Of a DNA stretch of 64,000 nucleotides, positions 49,281 to 59,137 are shown one piece after another. The position numbers and the translations under genes are program-made. Position 1 is the first letter of the stretch. The number at the start of each line of letters is the position of its first letter. The stretch comes from Thermoproteota archaeon (GTDB lineage: Archaea; Korarchaeota; Korarchaeia; B14-G2). The notes beneath the pieces are model-generated. The model ran no database searches. It was not told where the DNA came from and saw nothing but the letters and a program-made list of their open reading frames with translations. The stretch lies in contig JAVCBW010000051.1 in assembly GCA_037917675.1 (NCBI GenBank), positions 1-64,000 on the forward strand, given 5' to 3'.

Positions 49281-49979
49281 TCACTTGAGCTGCCAGCCTA
49301 CCTTTAAAACATTGAGCATCCTCCTGACTTCAGCTAAAAGCTCCTCTGGGGTCCTGATGAGCTTCACACCATACTTGCTAAGCCTCTCTCTAGCTCTCTC
49401 CGTATAGGCGAAGCCCACTATAGGCACTCCTGCTCCCATGGCTGCCATCACATCTACTGGCGAGTCCCCGACCATCAGCATCTCCTCTGGCTTCAAACCT
49501 TCTCTCTCAGCTAGCTCAAGCAGCGCCCTAGAGGAAGGCTTCATTTCACTGACGTCATCTCTAGTATAAACCCTGTCTATGAGCTCTAGGATCCCAGCTC
49601 TGGTCAGAGCCTTGACGCTATTCCCTCTCCCACTATTTGTGAGGACTATGACACGCAGCCCAAGCCTCCCTAGCTCAGCTAGCACCCTCTGGATCCCTGG
49701 TGTAGGCTCAGCTGAAGGCACAGCTTCCTCTTCGATCTCCTCAGCAGCCTTCAGCGCCCTACTGACAGCCTCTCTAGCTACCTTCTCACCATGTGCAGCA
49801 GCTAAGTAGCCTCTAGCTCTCTGTATCATCATCGATGCTGTAGGCTCTCTCTCCAGAACCTCAGGTGGGATCCCTGCTTTAACGAGCTCTCTGAGAACCC
49901 TGCTCCTTATCCTATCGTAATCTAGGCTCCTCTGGATCAAGACACCATCCATGTCGAAGATCACAGCCTTGATCACCAT
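49281..49979 (-). CDS. HAD-superfamily hydrolase
   Basis: FDMDGVL, TN, KP, VGDS..D. Confidence 0.9.
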   Translation of the reverse strand: MVIKAVIFDMDGVLIQRSLDYDRIRSRVLRELVKAGIPPEVLEREPTASMMIQRARGYLAAAHGEKVAREAVSRALKAAEEIEEEAVPSAEPTPGIQRVLAELGRLGLRVIVLTNSGRGNSVKALTRAGILELIDRVYTRDDVSEMKPSSRALLELAEREGLKPEEMLMVGDSPVDVMAAMGAGVPIVGFAYTERARERLSKYGVKLIRTPEELLAEVRRMLNVLKVGWQLK

Positions 49980-50033
49980 GCTACCAGAGCCATAGGTGAG
50001 CAAGGATAAAAGTCAGCTCCCTACTGGAGGCTC

Positions 50034-51266
50034 ATGTTCATACACTACCATAGCTCAAGGGAGAGAGTATCAGAGGCCCTAGAGATGCTAGAGGAGAGGA
50101 GAGCTGTAGCTGCAGCTCTAAGGAGGTTCTCTAGGCTCAAAAGCTCCCTGTCAAGGAGAATCGACCTAGATGCGCTAGCTGAGAAGCTTTCAGATGCTAG
50201 AAGAAGGACCCTAGCGCAGCTGCCAGAGCTTGTGAAGCAGGCTGCTGAAAGCCTCGAGGAGAACGGCTTCCAAGTCCATTATGCCAGAGACTCCAGCGAA
50301 GCGAGGAGGATCGCTGAGAAGCTAGTTGAGCCAGGCAGCCTAGTTGTCAAGTCGAAGTCTTCAGCCATAGAGGAGGCTGGCATATCTGAGCACCTCAGAT
50401 CCCTGGGATCTGAAGTCTATGAGACAGACCTAGGTGAGTATGCTGTCCAGCTTGCTAGATCACATAGAGCACACCCGATAGTCCCAGCCTTACACCTCAA
50501 CAGAGAGGAGATAGCCAAGCTAGTCTCCAGAGACGTAGGCTACACGGTCCCACCTGACCCAAGAGAGATCACTAGGGCAGTCAGAGAAAAGCTCAGAGAT
50601 GTCTTCACCAAAGCTGACTACGGGCTTACTGGAGCTAACTTCATATCTGCAGAGGAGGGGGTGATAGCGCTAGTCTCGAATGAGGGGAACATAAGGAACT
50701 CGACGAGCCTCCCAAAGACGCACATAGCTGTAGCTGGGTTGAATAAAGTTGTCAGAGACCTGGATGAAGGCCTCCTAGCCTTAAGGGCTCTAGCCTCCTT
50801 CTCAATAGGCTCAAGGCTCCCATCTTACATATCTCTGATAGCTGGCCCAAGCAAGACAGCTGACATAGAGCTTGAGACAGTAGTCGGTGTACATGGCCCA
50901 AGTGAGGTACACGTAATCCTTCTCGACAACGGCAGAGCTAAGGCATGGGATCTAGGCCTAGAGGAGGCGCTGTGCTGCATAAACTGCGGAGGATGCCTCA
51001 ACGAGTGCCCGACATACACCCTAGTTGGCAGGGCATATGGTCACGTGTATAAAGGTGGGATAGGAGTCGTCTACACTGCTCTGACAGAGGGCTTAGAGAA
51101 AGCTGTCGAGGCAGGCCTATACCTTTGCATGACTTGTGGACGCTGCGTGCTCTCATGTCCCTGCAGGATAAACACACCTCTCCTCATAGAGAAGCTGAGG
51201 TACTTAGCTACGAGAAGAGGGCTTATGGCTGAACCCCACTACAAGTGGCTTTCAACTTCTAGATAG
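50034..51266 (+). CDS. LUD-domain Fe-S protein (LutB/LldF-like)
   Basis: KSKS, ETDLGE, NEGN, GPSKTADIE, HGP, CINCGGC...CP and CMTCGRC...CP. Confidence 0.9.
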   Translation: MFIHYHSSRERVSEALEMLEERRAVAAALRRFSRLKSSLSRRIDLDALAEKLSDARRRTLAQLPELVKQAAESLEENGFQVHYARDSSEARRIAEKLVEPGSLVVKSKSSAIEEAGISEHLRSLGSEVYETDLGEYAVQLARSHRAHPIVPALHLNREEIAKLVSRDVGYTVPPDPREITRAVREKLRDVFTKADYGLTGANFISAEEGVIALVSNEGNIRNSTSLPKTHIAVAGLNKVVRDLDEGLLALRALASFSIGSRLPSYISLIAGPSKTADIELETVVGVHGPSEVHVILLDNGRAKAWDLGLEEALCCINCGGCLNECPTYTLVGRAYGHVYKGGIGVVYTALTEGLEKAVEAGLYLCMTCGRCVLSCPCRINTPLLIEKLRYLATRRGLMAEPHYKWLSTSR

Positions 51267-51848
51267 CTCAAGGACAACAAGCTTCTCGAAGAACATCTTC
51301 TTCTCAGAGATGACCTTAGCCGAAAGCCCTGCCTCCTCAGCTCTCCTTACACTATCATCTATGCCATTCTTCTCAAGCTGCACCATGAGAGCTCTCCCAC
51401 CTGGCTTAAGCCACCTACCAACTTCAGATATGAAGGGGTCTATGAGTCTCCTCCCCCTCTCGCCTCCAGCCCAAGCTGCATCCTCTAGCCTACCACTCCA
51501 CTCAACTGGCAGGTAAGGTGGGTTAAAGAGCACTAGATCGAAGCTTTCACCTCTCCTGAGAGGCTGGAACAGGTCTCCAAGCCTGAACTCAACCCTGTCT
51601 AGCACACCATGAGCTCTAGCGTTTTCCAGCAGACAAACCATAGCATGTGGGTTTATGTCCACACCAATGACGTGCTTTGCCCCCCTCAATGCAGCTAGAA
51701 CCGCTAGTATGCCACATCCAGTACCTAAGTCCAGGGCTCTGCTTCTCACCCTCTCTGGAATGCAGTCTGCTAGCAGGAAGGTGTCATCAGATGGCTTGTA
51801 GACAAGGCTACTAACGTAAAAGCATAGCCCCCTATAGCACACTAGCAA
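51252..51848 (-). CDS. HemK2/Mtq2-like release factor glutamine methyltransferase
   Basis: VYKPSDDTFLL, DLGTGCG, FNPPY, AGG..G. Confidence 0.9.
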   Translation of the reverse strand: MLVCYRGLCFYVSSLVYKPSDDTFLLADCIPERVRSRALDLGTGCGILAVLAALRGAKHVIGVDINPHAMVCLLENARAHGVLDRVEFRLGDLFQPLRRGESFDLVLFNPPYLPVEWSGRLEDAAWAGGERGRRLIDPFISEVGRWLKPGGRALMVQLEKNGIDDSVRRAEEAGLSAKVISEKKMFFEKLVVLELSRS

Positions 51849-53168
51849 CTACTCCACCAGAGGCCAAACACAGCCAGCTGACTTGAGCACAAGCACGCTT
51901 CTATCCTTAGCTCCACGTGTAGCTTCATCTACAGCCTCCTGAGGATCCCCGTATACTTCTGCACCAAACTCTCTCAGATCTCTTTCACTGAGGTTATCTG
52001 AGACAACAATGAGCCTCTTCTCCTGCTTGACAAAGATGTGATAGAGCTTATAAGCCATGTAAGCTGCCATAGACTCGTACTTGCCGCTGCATGCTTGCAG
52101 CAGAACCTCATCTCTACTCCACTCCTCCTCCTCAGCCTCTCGCAGTAGGCTGCTCAGCTCAGGCCAAGCCACACCTAAGGGGCATGATGCAAACAGGACT
52201 ATAGTTCCTCCTCTAACACAGTACCTGTCTGCAGTGCTTATGGCCTTCAAAGACTGGCAGAAGTCGACATCTTCATGTGCTCCAGGTGACGCCAGCACAA
52301 CATTAGCTCGTGGAGCTGAGACCCTATAAACTTCTGCTGAGAGCTTTGCTCCAGATCTATGAGCCTGAATAGGGTCTCCATAGAATGCCTTAGCTCCTCC
52401 AGTTTCCAAGTCGAGCACGAAGTCGAGGATGAAGCTTAGGTTAGCGAGCTTCCCTGCATCATCAATGTCCTCTCTCAGAGGGTTCCCCTCAAGTATACCA
52501 TAGCCTGCACTAGGCGATAGGCATAGCCTGTGGTTCATGTCTATTGTCCTATAGCATGCTACACCTGGGACAGCTATCTTGCATCCTCCAGTGAACCCAG
52601 CTAGCTCAGATGGGAATATAGAGCCTATCCCGATCACGAGGTCAGCGTCCTGAAGCTCACTGCTAACCCAGACTGGTGTGCCTAGCCTGGTTAGCCCAGC
52701 ATAGAAGTGCAGCTTATGGTTGTATGCATTGTGTATTATCACAGGGTAGCTGTCCATAACTTCTCTACTGACCTTCATCTCAAGCAGCTCTTGAGTAGGA
52801 GTCTCATGAGTCCCTCGAGCATATACTACAGTAACCTCCCGGAACCTTTCAAGCCTCTCAAGGATCTTAGGGAGCACCTCTCTGGTTGGGGTAGGCCTCG
52901 TATGGTCGTCTATGAGCACCACAGCCTTACTTCCCTGTGGAAGCCTCCTTTCCAAGGCTATAGCGAAGTCAGGAGAGCTTAAAGCCTTCTCTGCTTCAGC
53001 TTCAGGTGAGGCTCCATGCAATGAGCTCGGCTCAGCTATCCTTAGCAGAAGCTCCTTACGCAGGCAGACCTCTATTCTCTTTCTCGAGAGGTCGTATGGA
53101 AGCTTTATCCTCACCTCCTCCAATGCAACCACCTCTGACTGCCTCAAGCACTCTAGAGAAGACCTCAT
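51849..53168 (-). CDS. nickel-pincer lactate racemase LarA-family protein (start uncertain)
   Basis: DDHTRPTP, GTH, GFTGGCK, NH, GNPLRED, QSLK. Confidence 0.85.
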   Translation of the reverse strand: MRSSLECLRQSEVVALEEVRIKLPYDLSRKRIEVCLRKELLLRIAEPSSLHGASPEAEAEKALSSPDFAIALERRLPQGSKAVVLIDDHTRPTPTREVLPKILERLERFREVTVVYARGTHETPTQELLEMKVSREVMDSYPVIIHNAYNHKLHFYAGLTRLGTPVWVSSELQDADLVIGIGSIFPSELAGFTGGCKIAVPGVACYRTIDMNHRLCLSPSAGYGILEGNPLREDIDDAGKLANLSFILDFVLDLETGGAKAFYGDPIQAHRSGAKLSAEVYRVSAPRANVVLASPGAHEDVDFCQSLKAISTADRYCVRGGTIVLFASCPLGVAWPELSSLLREAEEEEWSRDEVLLQACSGKYESMAAYMAYKLYHIFVKQEKRLIVVSDNLSERDLREFGAEVYGDPQEAVDEATRGAKDRSVLVLKSAGCVWPLVE

Positions 53169-53772
53169 CTATGCTACCTACTCCATCTATCTTCTTGAGC
53201 ACCCCTCTCCTCATGTAATATCCGAGTACCGGCTCCGTCTCCTCTTTATAAACTCTGATCCTCTCTCTCACAACCTCTTCCCTATCGTCCTCACGCTGAT
53301 AGAGCTCCCCTCCACACTTGTCACATACCCCCTCCTCTTTAGGCGGCCTATACTTCAGGTGGTATACGCTCTCACATCTCTTACACACTCTCCTCAAGCT
53401 TATCCTCTCAACTATGATGTCCTCAGGCACAGCTATCTCAAGGACGCAGTCAAGCTTCATTCCCTGCTCCTCTAGCATCCTGTCTAGAGCCTCAGCCTGA
53501 GGTATAGTCCTCGGGAAGCCATCGAGTATGAATCCTCTGCTACAGTCTGGCTTTCTGAGCCTCTCTCTCACAGCTGCTATCATGATATCATCTGGGACAA
53601 GCTGCCCCTGCTCCATATACCACCTAGCTTTCTCACCCAGCTCTGTCCCCTCTCTCACAGCTTCTCGAAGCATATCTCCTGTGGCTATGTGAGGTACCTT
53701 AAGCTCAGCAGAAAGCCTTCTAGCTTGAGTTCCCTTACCAGCTCCTGGAGGCCCCATCATCACTATTCTCAT
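53056..53772 (-). CDS. adk: adenylate kinase (bacterial-type, Zn lid)
   Basis: GPPGAGKGTQ, TGDMLR, LDGFPRT, CKRC...CDKC, QREDD. Confidence 0.95.
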   Translation of the reverse strand: MRIVMMGPPGAGKGTQARRLSAELKVPHIATGDMLREAVREGTELGEKARWYMEQGQLVPDDIMIAAVRERLRKPDCSRGFILDGFPRTIPQAEALDRMLEEQGMKLDCVLEIAVPEDIIVERISLRRVCKRCESVYHLKYRPPKEEGVCDKCGGELYQREDDREEVVRERIRVYKEETEPVLGYYMRRGVLKKIDGVGSIDEVFSRVLEAVRGGCIGGGEDKASIRPLEKENRGLPA

Positions 53773-54350
53773 CTAGGCACCTCAGTGACCCACTTTATGA
53801 AGGGCTCTCTCCTCGGAGGCGGCCTAGGTATCTTCTCAGGGTAGCCCATGGTGACCAAGGCCACTAGGACCTTGTCCTCTACCCCAAGGAACCTGCTGAT
53901 ATCATCTTCTATCCAGAGTGGCCCAGTCATCCAGCATGTCCCGAGGCCCTCAGCGTAAGCTAGCAGCAGTAGGTTCTGAATCGCAGCTGCACAGCTCTCT
54001 ATAGCCCCAATCTGATAGACCTCCTCCCTTATCCTGTCAGTGTATACAGCTATGATGACTGGAGCATTACCGAATGTGAAGAAGTACCACTTAATGAACT
54101 CTATGTGCCTCTCAGGAAACCCAAGCTCTCTGAGCCTAGGCAGGATAGAGTAGAACGCCTTGCTGCAGACCTCAACAAGCTTGTCTCTAGCCTCCCCCTC
54201 AACCACATAGAAGTACCATGGCTGTGTGTTCATGGCTGAAGGAGCCCAGGTGCACTCCTTGATCAGCTTCTCGACTAGCTCCCTTGAGACAGGCTTCTTC
54301 AAAAACCTCCTGATGCTCCTCCTACCCCTAACAGCCTCCAGCAACTCCAT
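53769..54350 (-). CDS. nitroreductase family protein
   Basis: RRSIRRF, WAPSAMNTQPW, GLGTCW. Confidence 0.92.
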   Translation of the reverse strand: MELLEAVRGRRSIRRFLKKPVSRELVEKLIKECTWAPSAMNTQPWYFYVVEGEARDKLVEVCSKAFYSILPRLRELGFPERHIEFIKWYFFTFGNAPVIIAVYTDRIREEVYQIGAIESCAAAIQNLLLLAYAEGLGTCWMTGPLWIEDDISRFLGVEDKVLVALVTMGYPEKIPRPPPRREPFIKWVTEVPR

Positions 54351-54434
54351 AGAAGACCCCAAGGCCAGCAGCTTATTTCCCTTATGTAAAGCTCAGCAGC
54401 TAGCCAATATATACTGGGAGGCCGTGTACTAGCT

Positions 54435-55403
54435 ATGCTTGCATCTGAGGCTGGTGAGAGGAAGCTCATAGAGGCAGCTGTAGAAGCTATAGGCAGGATA
54501 TCAGCTCCACTACAGATAGGAGATGACGTGGCTGTAGTGGATGCATGTGGAGTAAAGCTTGTACTGAAGACAGACATGCTAGTAGCCTCAACAGATGTAC
54601 CTCCACAGATGTCTCCATGGCAGGTAGGCTGGAAGGCTGTCGTCATGAACGTAAGTGACATGGCAGCTAAAGGAGCTAAGCCTGCAGCTGGGGTCTTGGC
54701 CATAGGGGTTCCAGGAGACTATAGGCTAGAGGACTTCAAGCTTCTAGTTAAGGGTGCAAGCGACGCAGCTAGAGACTATGGGTTCGAGATAGTTGGTGGA
54801 GACACAAACGCATGCAGAGAGCTTGTTGTATCAGTAGCTTTAGCTGGGATCGCTGAGAGGATAGTTCCCAGGAGCGGAGCTAAGCCAGGCGACATCCTGG
54901 CAACCACAGGATGCTTCGGCTTGACTTCAGCTGGATTAAAGCACCTCTTAGAAGGGATGCCAGCTAGGCCAGGTGTCAGAGAAGCTCTAGTGAGAGCTGT
55001 CCTCAAGCCTAGAGCGAGGCTTAAGGAGGGGCTTGCTCTAGCAGCCTATGCGTCAGCTAGCATAGACAGCAGTGACGGGCTAGCGTGGTCGCTACATGAG
55101 CTAGCTAAGGCAAGCAGAGTAGGCTTCAGATTAGAGCACATACCAATTGCACCTGAGGCAGCTAGGTTCGCTGAGGACAACAAGCTCAGCTCAGTTGACC
55201 TAGCTCTCTATGGTGGAGAGGAGTATGAGCTGATCGCCACGATCCCACCAGGAAGGTGGAGTGATGCAGCTAAGGCTGTAGAGGAGGCTGGAGGCAGCCT
55301 CATCAGGATAGGAGTCGCAACCAGTGAGAGACGCATCGTAGCTGTGGTGGGTGGTAGAGAGCTTGAAGTGGAGCCTCGCGGATATGAGCACTTCGTGACT
55401 TAG
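54435..55403 (+). CDS. thiL: thiamine-monophosphate kinase
   Basis: GDD.A, NVSDMAAKGA.P, GGDT, RSGAKPGD, DSSDGL, GEEYEL, GYEHF. Confidence 0.93.
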   Translation: MLASEAGERKLIEAAVEAIGRISAPLQIGDDVAVVDACGVKLVLKTDMLVASTDVPPQMSPWQVGWKAVVMNVSDMAAKGAKPAAGVLAIGVPGDYRLEDFKLLVKGASDAARDYGFEIVGGDTNACRELVVSVALAGIAERIVPRSGAKPGDILATTGCFGLTSAGLKHLLEGMPARPGVREALVRAVLKPRARLKEGLALAAYASASIDSSDGLAWSLHELAKASRVGFRLEHIPIAPEAARFAEDNKLSSVDLALYGGEEYELIATIPPGRWSDAAKAVEEAGGSLIRIGVATSERRIVAVVGGRELEVEPRGYEHFVT

Positions 55404-55437
55404 TCAAATAACGAACTCTAGCTCTGTAATAGTAATC

Positions 55438-55447
55438 TTTTTAATAA
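55438..55447 (+). promoter_or_regulatory. TATA box upstream of aor
   Basis: TTTTTAATAA about 26-35 nt before the start. Confidence 0.55.
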
Positions 55448-55472
55448 GCAGCACACCTATCGCCTACCAGCG

Positions 55473-57347
55473 GTGACCTGCTTGGCTGGCGGCTACATGG
55501 GGAAGTTTGCTCGAGTAGACCTGACAAATCAGAAGGTTAAGGTTGAAAACCTCTATGACTACCTCCCTGAGCAGGTTCTCAGGAGCTGGATAGGTGGTAG
55601 AGGCCTCGGAGTCTATCTGATGCTGAAGGAAGTAGATCCCAAAGTAGACCCTCTAAGCCCAGAGAACAAGGCTTTTGTCATGACAGGTCCTGTGACCGGG
55701 ATTTCAGCTGGCCTAGAGGCTGGAAGGTGGTGTAGCGTAACGAAGTCCCCTGAGACAAACACTGTACACGACTCCCAGAGTGGAGGGAAGTTCGGCCCAT
55801 ATCTGAAGTTTGCTGGCTTCGACTTCGTCGTGCTAGAGGGAGCCTCAGAGACTCCAGTCTACCTCTACCTGGAAGGAGGGAAAGCTGAGCTAAGAGACGC
55901 AAAGCACCTCTGGGGTAGAGATACACACTCAACAACCAGGATGCTCCAGAAGGAGCATGGCGAGGACATCTCAGTAGCATGCATAGGGCCAGCTGGAGAG
56001 AATCTCAGCAGGATAGCTTGCATAATAAACGAGGAAGGCAGGGCAGCAGGCAGAGGAGGACATGGTGCAGTGTGGGGTTCAAAGAAGTTCAAGGCCATAG
56101 TGGCAAAGCCAGGGCTAGAGCCTAAGCCAGCTGACGAGGAGAGGCTAAAGGAGATAGTGAGAGGTGCTCTAGAGAAGAAGAAGGCGAGCGGCGTCACAAA
56201 CGAAGCTCTCCCGAAGTACGGGACAGCTGTCCTAGTCAACATAATTAACGAGGCTGGCATATTCCCAACACATAACTTCCAGAAAGGCCAGTTTGAGCAT
56301 GCTACAAACATAAGTGGAGAGACAATAGCTGAGAAGATACTTGTAAGAAGGCAGCCATGCTGGGGCTGTGCTATAGCATGTGGCAGGTGGACTAGGATAA
56401 CTGAGCCACCATACCAGGGTGAGGGAGATGGCCCAGAATACGAGACGGTATGGGCTCTTGGAGCAAACACTGGTGTGGGAGATCTGGCTGCAGTCACCAA
56501 GGCAAACTTCCTCTGCAACGAGCTTGGCCTAGACACTATAAGCACAGGCAACGTCATAGCTGTAGCAATGGAGCTCTATGAGAAGGGCTACATCCCCAAG
56601 GAGAAGCTAGAAGGGATAGAGCTCAAGTTCGGGAACCCAGGTGCGTTAGTTGAGATGGTATGGAGGATAGCTTACAGGTCAGGTATAGGTGATGAGCTAG
56701 CTGAAGGAGGCTACAGGCTCGCAAAGAAGTATGGGCATCCAGAGATAGCTCCACAGGTGAGAGGCCAGTGCTTACCTGCATACGACCCAAGAGGAGTGCA
56801 AGGCCACGCTCTAGCATATGCCACAAGCAACAGAGGAGGCTGCCACCTGAGAGCATACCTGATATCTCCTGAGATCCTAGGTGTCCCAGAGAAGCTAGAT
56901 CCACTGAAGACAGAAGGCAAGCCGAGGTGGGTGAAGGAGTTCCAGGATGGCTTCGCAGCCCTAGACAGCATGGTAGTATGCAAGTTCGTGACCTTCGCAT
57001 ATTGGGTAGATGACCTAGCAAAGCAGCTCTCAGCTGTAACAGGCTGGGACATAACTCCAGAGGAATTCATGACCATAGGAGAGAGGATATGGAACGCTGA
57101 GAGAGTATTCAACATACTCAGCTTCGGAGACGGAAAGGAATACGACACGCTGCCAGAGAGGTTCACGAAGACAGCAATGCCAGCAGGCCCAGTAGCAGGC
57201 CATACAGCTAAGCTAGACGAGATGCTCCCAGAGTACTATAAGCTCAGAGGCTGGGTAGATGGCAGGCCAACCAAAGAGACTCTAGAGAGGCTAGGTCTAA
57301 AGGAGCTAGCAGACAGGCTAGAAAAGCAGGGTCTCCTCCCAGCCTAA
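55473..57347 (+). CDS. aor: tungsten-containing aldehyde:ferredoxin oxidoreductase
   Basis: GGRGLG, KSP, AAGRGG.GAV.GSK, C..C...C, GPEYET, DTIS.G, RGGCH, EYY..RGW. Confidence 0.95.
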   Translation: MTCLAGGYMGKFARVDLTNQKVKVENLYDYLPEQVLRSWIGGRGLGVYLMLKEVDPKVDPLSPENKAFVMTGPVTGISAGLEAGRWCSVTKSPETNTVHDSQSGGKFGPYLKFAGFDFVVLEGASETPVYLYLEGGKAELRDAKHLWGRDTHSTTRMLQKEHGEDISVACIGPAGENLSRIACIINEEGRAAGRGGHGAVWGSKKFKAIVAKPGLEPKPADEERLKEIVRGALEKKKASGVTNEALPKYGTAVLVNIINEAGIFPTHNFQKGQFEHATNISGETIAEKILVRRQPCWGCAIACGRWTRITEPPYQGEGDGPEYETVWALGANTGVGDLAAVTKANFLCNELGLDTISTGNVIAVAMELYEKGYIPKEKLEGIELKFGNPGALVEMVWRIAYRSGIGDELAEGGYRLAKKYGHPEIAPQVRGQCLPAYDPRGVQGHALAYATSNRGGCHLRAYLISPEILGVPEKLDPLKTEGKPRWVKEFQDGFAALDSMVVCKFVTFAYWVDDLAKQLSAVTGWDITPEEFMTIGERIWNAERVFNILSFGDGKEYDTLPERFTKTAMPAGPVAGHTAKLDEMLPEYYKLRGWVDGRPTKETLERLGLKELADRLEKQGLLPA

Positions 57348-57390
57348 ACCACTCCCTAACCTTTTTTACCCGGCCAGCTCCTAGCTCTCC

Positions 57391-58521
57391 ATGAGGATAA
57401 GGCTGCTAGGAGGATGGTACCAGCCTGACTTAAGGCCTCCAGCTGAAGCCCACCTAGAGCTTACATCGAGATGTAACCTCAGCTGCAGGTTCTGCTACAG
57501 GAGGTCTTGGAGCGAGAACCCTGGCGAAATGGAGCTACAGAACCTGAAAAGGATCCTGAGAGATCTCCGTGAAGCTGGTGTAAAGACCCTGTGGCTAAGC
57601 GGCTACGGTGAGCCAACATACTACACTTACTTCCAAGATGCTATAGATCAGGCCTCTAACTGGTTTAAGCTAGGCTTGGTGACAAATGGCACTCTGCTAG
57701 AGGATTATTCGAGGCTCATAGCTGAGAAGGTGAGGTGGATTGTAGTTAGCATAGAGAGCTTTACAAGCCTATACCGGAAGCTGAGAGAGGGTTCAGACAT
57801 AGCTAAGGTCAGAGAGGGGATGAAGAGCGTCATGGAGGCTGCTCCCACAGCTAGGAGGCCGCCAGCTATATGGGTCTCAATGACGCTCATGAAGCAAAAC
57901 CTAAGCGAGCTCCCAGATGCCATAGAGGAAGCATCTAAGAGCGGAGCCATAGGGGTGATACTCTCAAACCTCATACCTACAAGCGAAGCATTGACATCAG
58001 AGGTCCTCTATGGCCTTAGTCCAGACAGTAGTATACACGAGGCCCTACATGAAGCTAGGAGGAAGGCTGTAATCCACAACCTGAGGATAGTTGAGCCTGA
58101 GTTCAAGTATAGGACTGGAACAGGTAGATACTGTCCTTTCATAGAGAATAACGCGCTAGTGGTGAATTGGGATGCCTCAGTCTCACCCTGCCTAATGCTC
58201 TCTCACACGTATAGCATGTGGCTAGATGGCCGCCGCAAGATTGTCAAGAAGGTGGCCTTCGGCTCTATAGCTGAGAGGAACCTGAAGGAGATATGGAGCT
58301 CCGAAAGCTATGTGAAGTTCAGGACTCTAGTCAAGTTGGGGCAGTTCCCTTCATGTAACGACTGTCAATATGAGGAGTATTGCGCCTTTTTCGAGACAAC
58401 AGAACATGACTGCTGGGGTAACTCACCGAGCTGCGCCTCCTGCCTATACTATAGGAGAGTAGTCCAGTGCCCGATGAGAGCTCTAGTGGAGCATGTCAGG
58501 CTCATCAGAGAAGGCCTCTAG
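57391..58521 (+). CDS. tungsten cofactor oxidoreductase radical SAM/SPASM maturase
   Basis: CNLSCRFC, GYGEP, CPF...PC, FPSC.DC...C...DCWGN.PSC..C; lies between aor and moaD. Confidence 0.85.
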   Translation: MRIRLLGGWYQPDLRPPAEAHLELTSRCNLSCRFCYRRSWSENPGEMELQNLKRILRDLREAGVKTLWLSGYGEPTYYTYFQDAIDQASNWFKLGLVTNGTLLEDYSRLIAEKVRWIVVSIESFTSLYRKLREGSDIAKVREGMKSVMEAAPTARRPPAIWVSMTLMKQNLSELPDAIEEASKSGAIGVILSNLIPTSEALTSEVLYGLSPDSSIHEALHEARRKAVIHNLRIVEPEFKYRTGTGRYCPFIENNALVVNWDASVSPCLMLSHTYSMWLDGRRKIVKKVAFGSIAERNLKEIWSSESYVKFRTLVKLGQFPSCNDCQYEEYCAFFETTEHDCWGNSPSCASCLYYRRVVQCPMRALVEHVRLIREGL

Positions 58522-58562
58522 AAGGCAACACTTTTATATCTTCCATGCAGCTTAAGATGGCT

Positions 58563-58838
58563 ATGAGGATCAGAGTCAAGCTCTTTGCTACACTGAGAGA
58601 GTCCACTGGAACCAGCCAGCTTGAGCTTGAGCTCACAGGATCTAAGGTAGCTGACGCTATCAGCACGCTAATCAGCATGTATCCTCAGCTCTCAGAGATG
58701 CTTGACAGCAGTGGAAAGCTGAAGAAGTTCTATAAAGTCTTCCTGAACGGTAGGGATATAGATCACATTAAAGGTCTTGACACGCCCCTAAATGATGGTG
58801 ACATCCTAGCTATATTCCCTCCTGTAGCTGGAGGCTAG
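58563..58838 (+). CDS. MoaD/ThiS/SAMP ubiquitin-like sulfur carrier
   Basis: VKLFATLRE, NGRD, FPPVAGG C-terminus; TTTTATA upstream. Confidence 0.92.
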   Translation: MRIRVKLFATLRESTGTSQLELELTGSKVADAISTLISMYPQLSEMLDSSGKLKKFYKVFLNGRDIDHIKGLDTPLNDGDILAIFPPVAGG

Positions 58839-59137
58839 CTGCCCTCAGAGCTCCTCTCAGCACCCTTGGCTTTCCTCCTCTTAATCCACTCCTTAGCAAA
58901 GTCAGATAGCTCGTCTAGGAACTCCTTGTCCTCCCTCAGGGAGCAGAACTCCTCCATGGTGACGTCACTCGGCTTCTTGATCTTAACCTCGATGTAAGGT
59001 GACATCGCTTGGTCTATGCAGCCCTTGACCTCCTCAAACATCTTTAGCACTGCAGTCTGCTTCTCAGGCCAGAGGCTCTCTCTTATCTTCCTAACCACAC
59101 CCTTCTCCTTCCTATCCTGCTCCTTCTGGCCACTCAT
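58835..59137 (-). CDS. hypothetical protein
   Basis: Charged ~100 aa ORF with ATGA overlap to upstream transporter. Confidence 0.6.
   Translation of the reverse strand: MSGQKEQDRKEKGVVRKIRESLWPEKQTAVLKMFEEVKGCIDQAMSPYIEVKIKKPSDVTMEEFCSLREDKEFLDELSDFAKEWIKRRKAKGAERSSEGS

Noticed and set aside
53056-53168. Long overlap between adk and larA
   Set aside because: Explained by a later larA start (about 53125) and a short read-through tail on Adk; overlaps are common in this window
55473-58838. AOR + radical SAM maturase + MoaD cluster as a novel system
   Set aside because: This is a known arrangement for tungsten oxidoreductases
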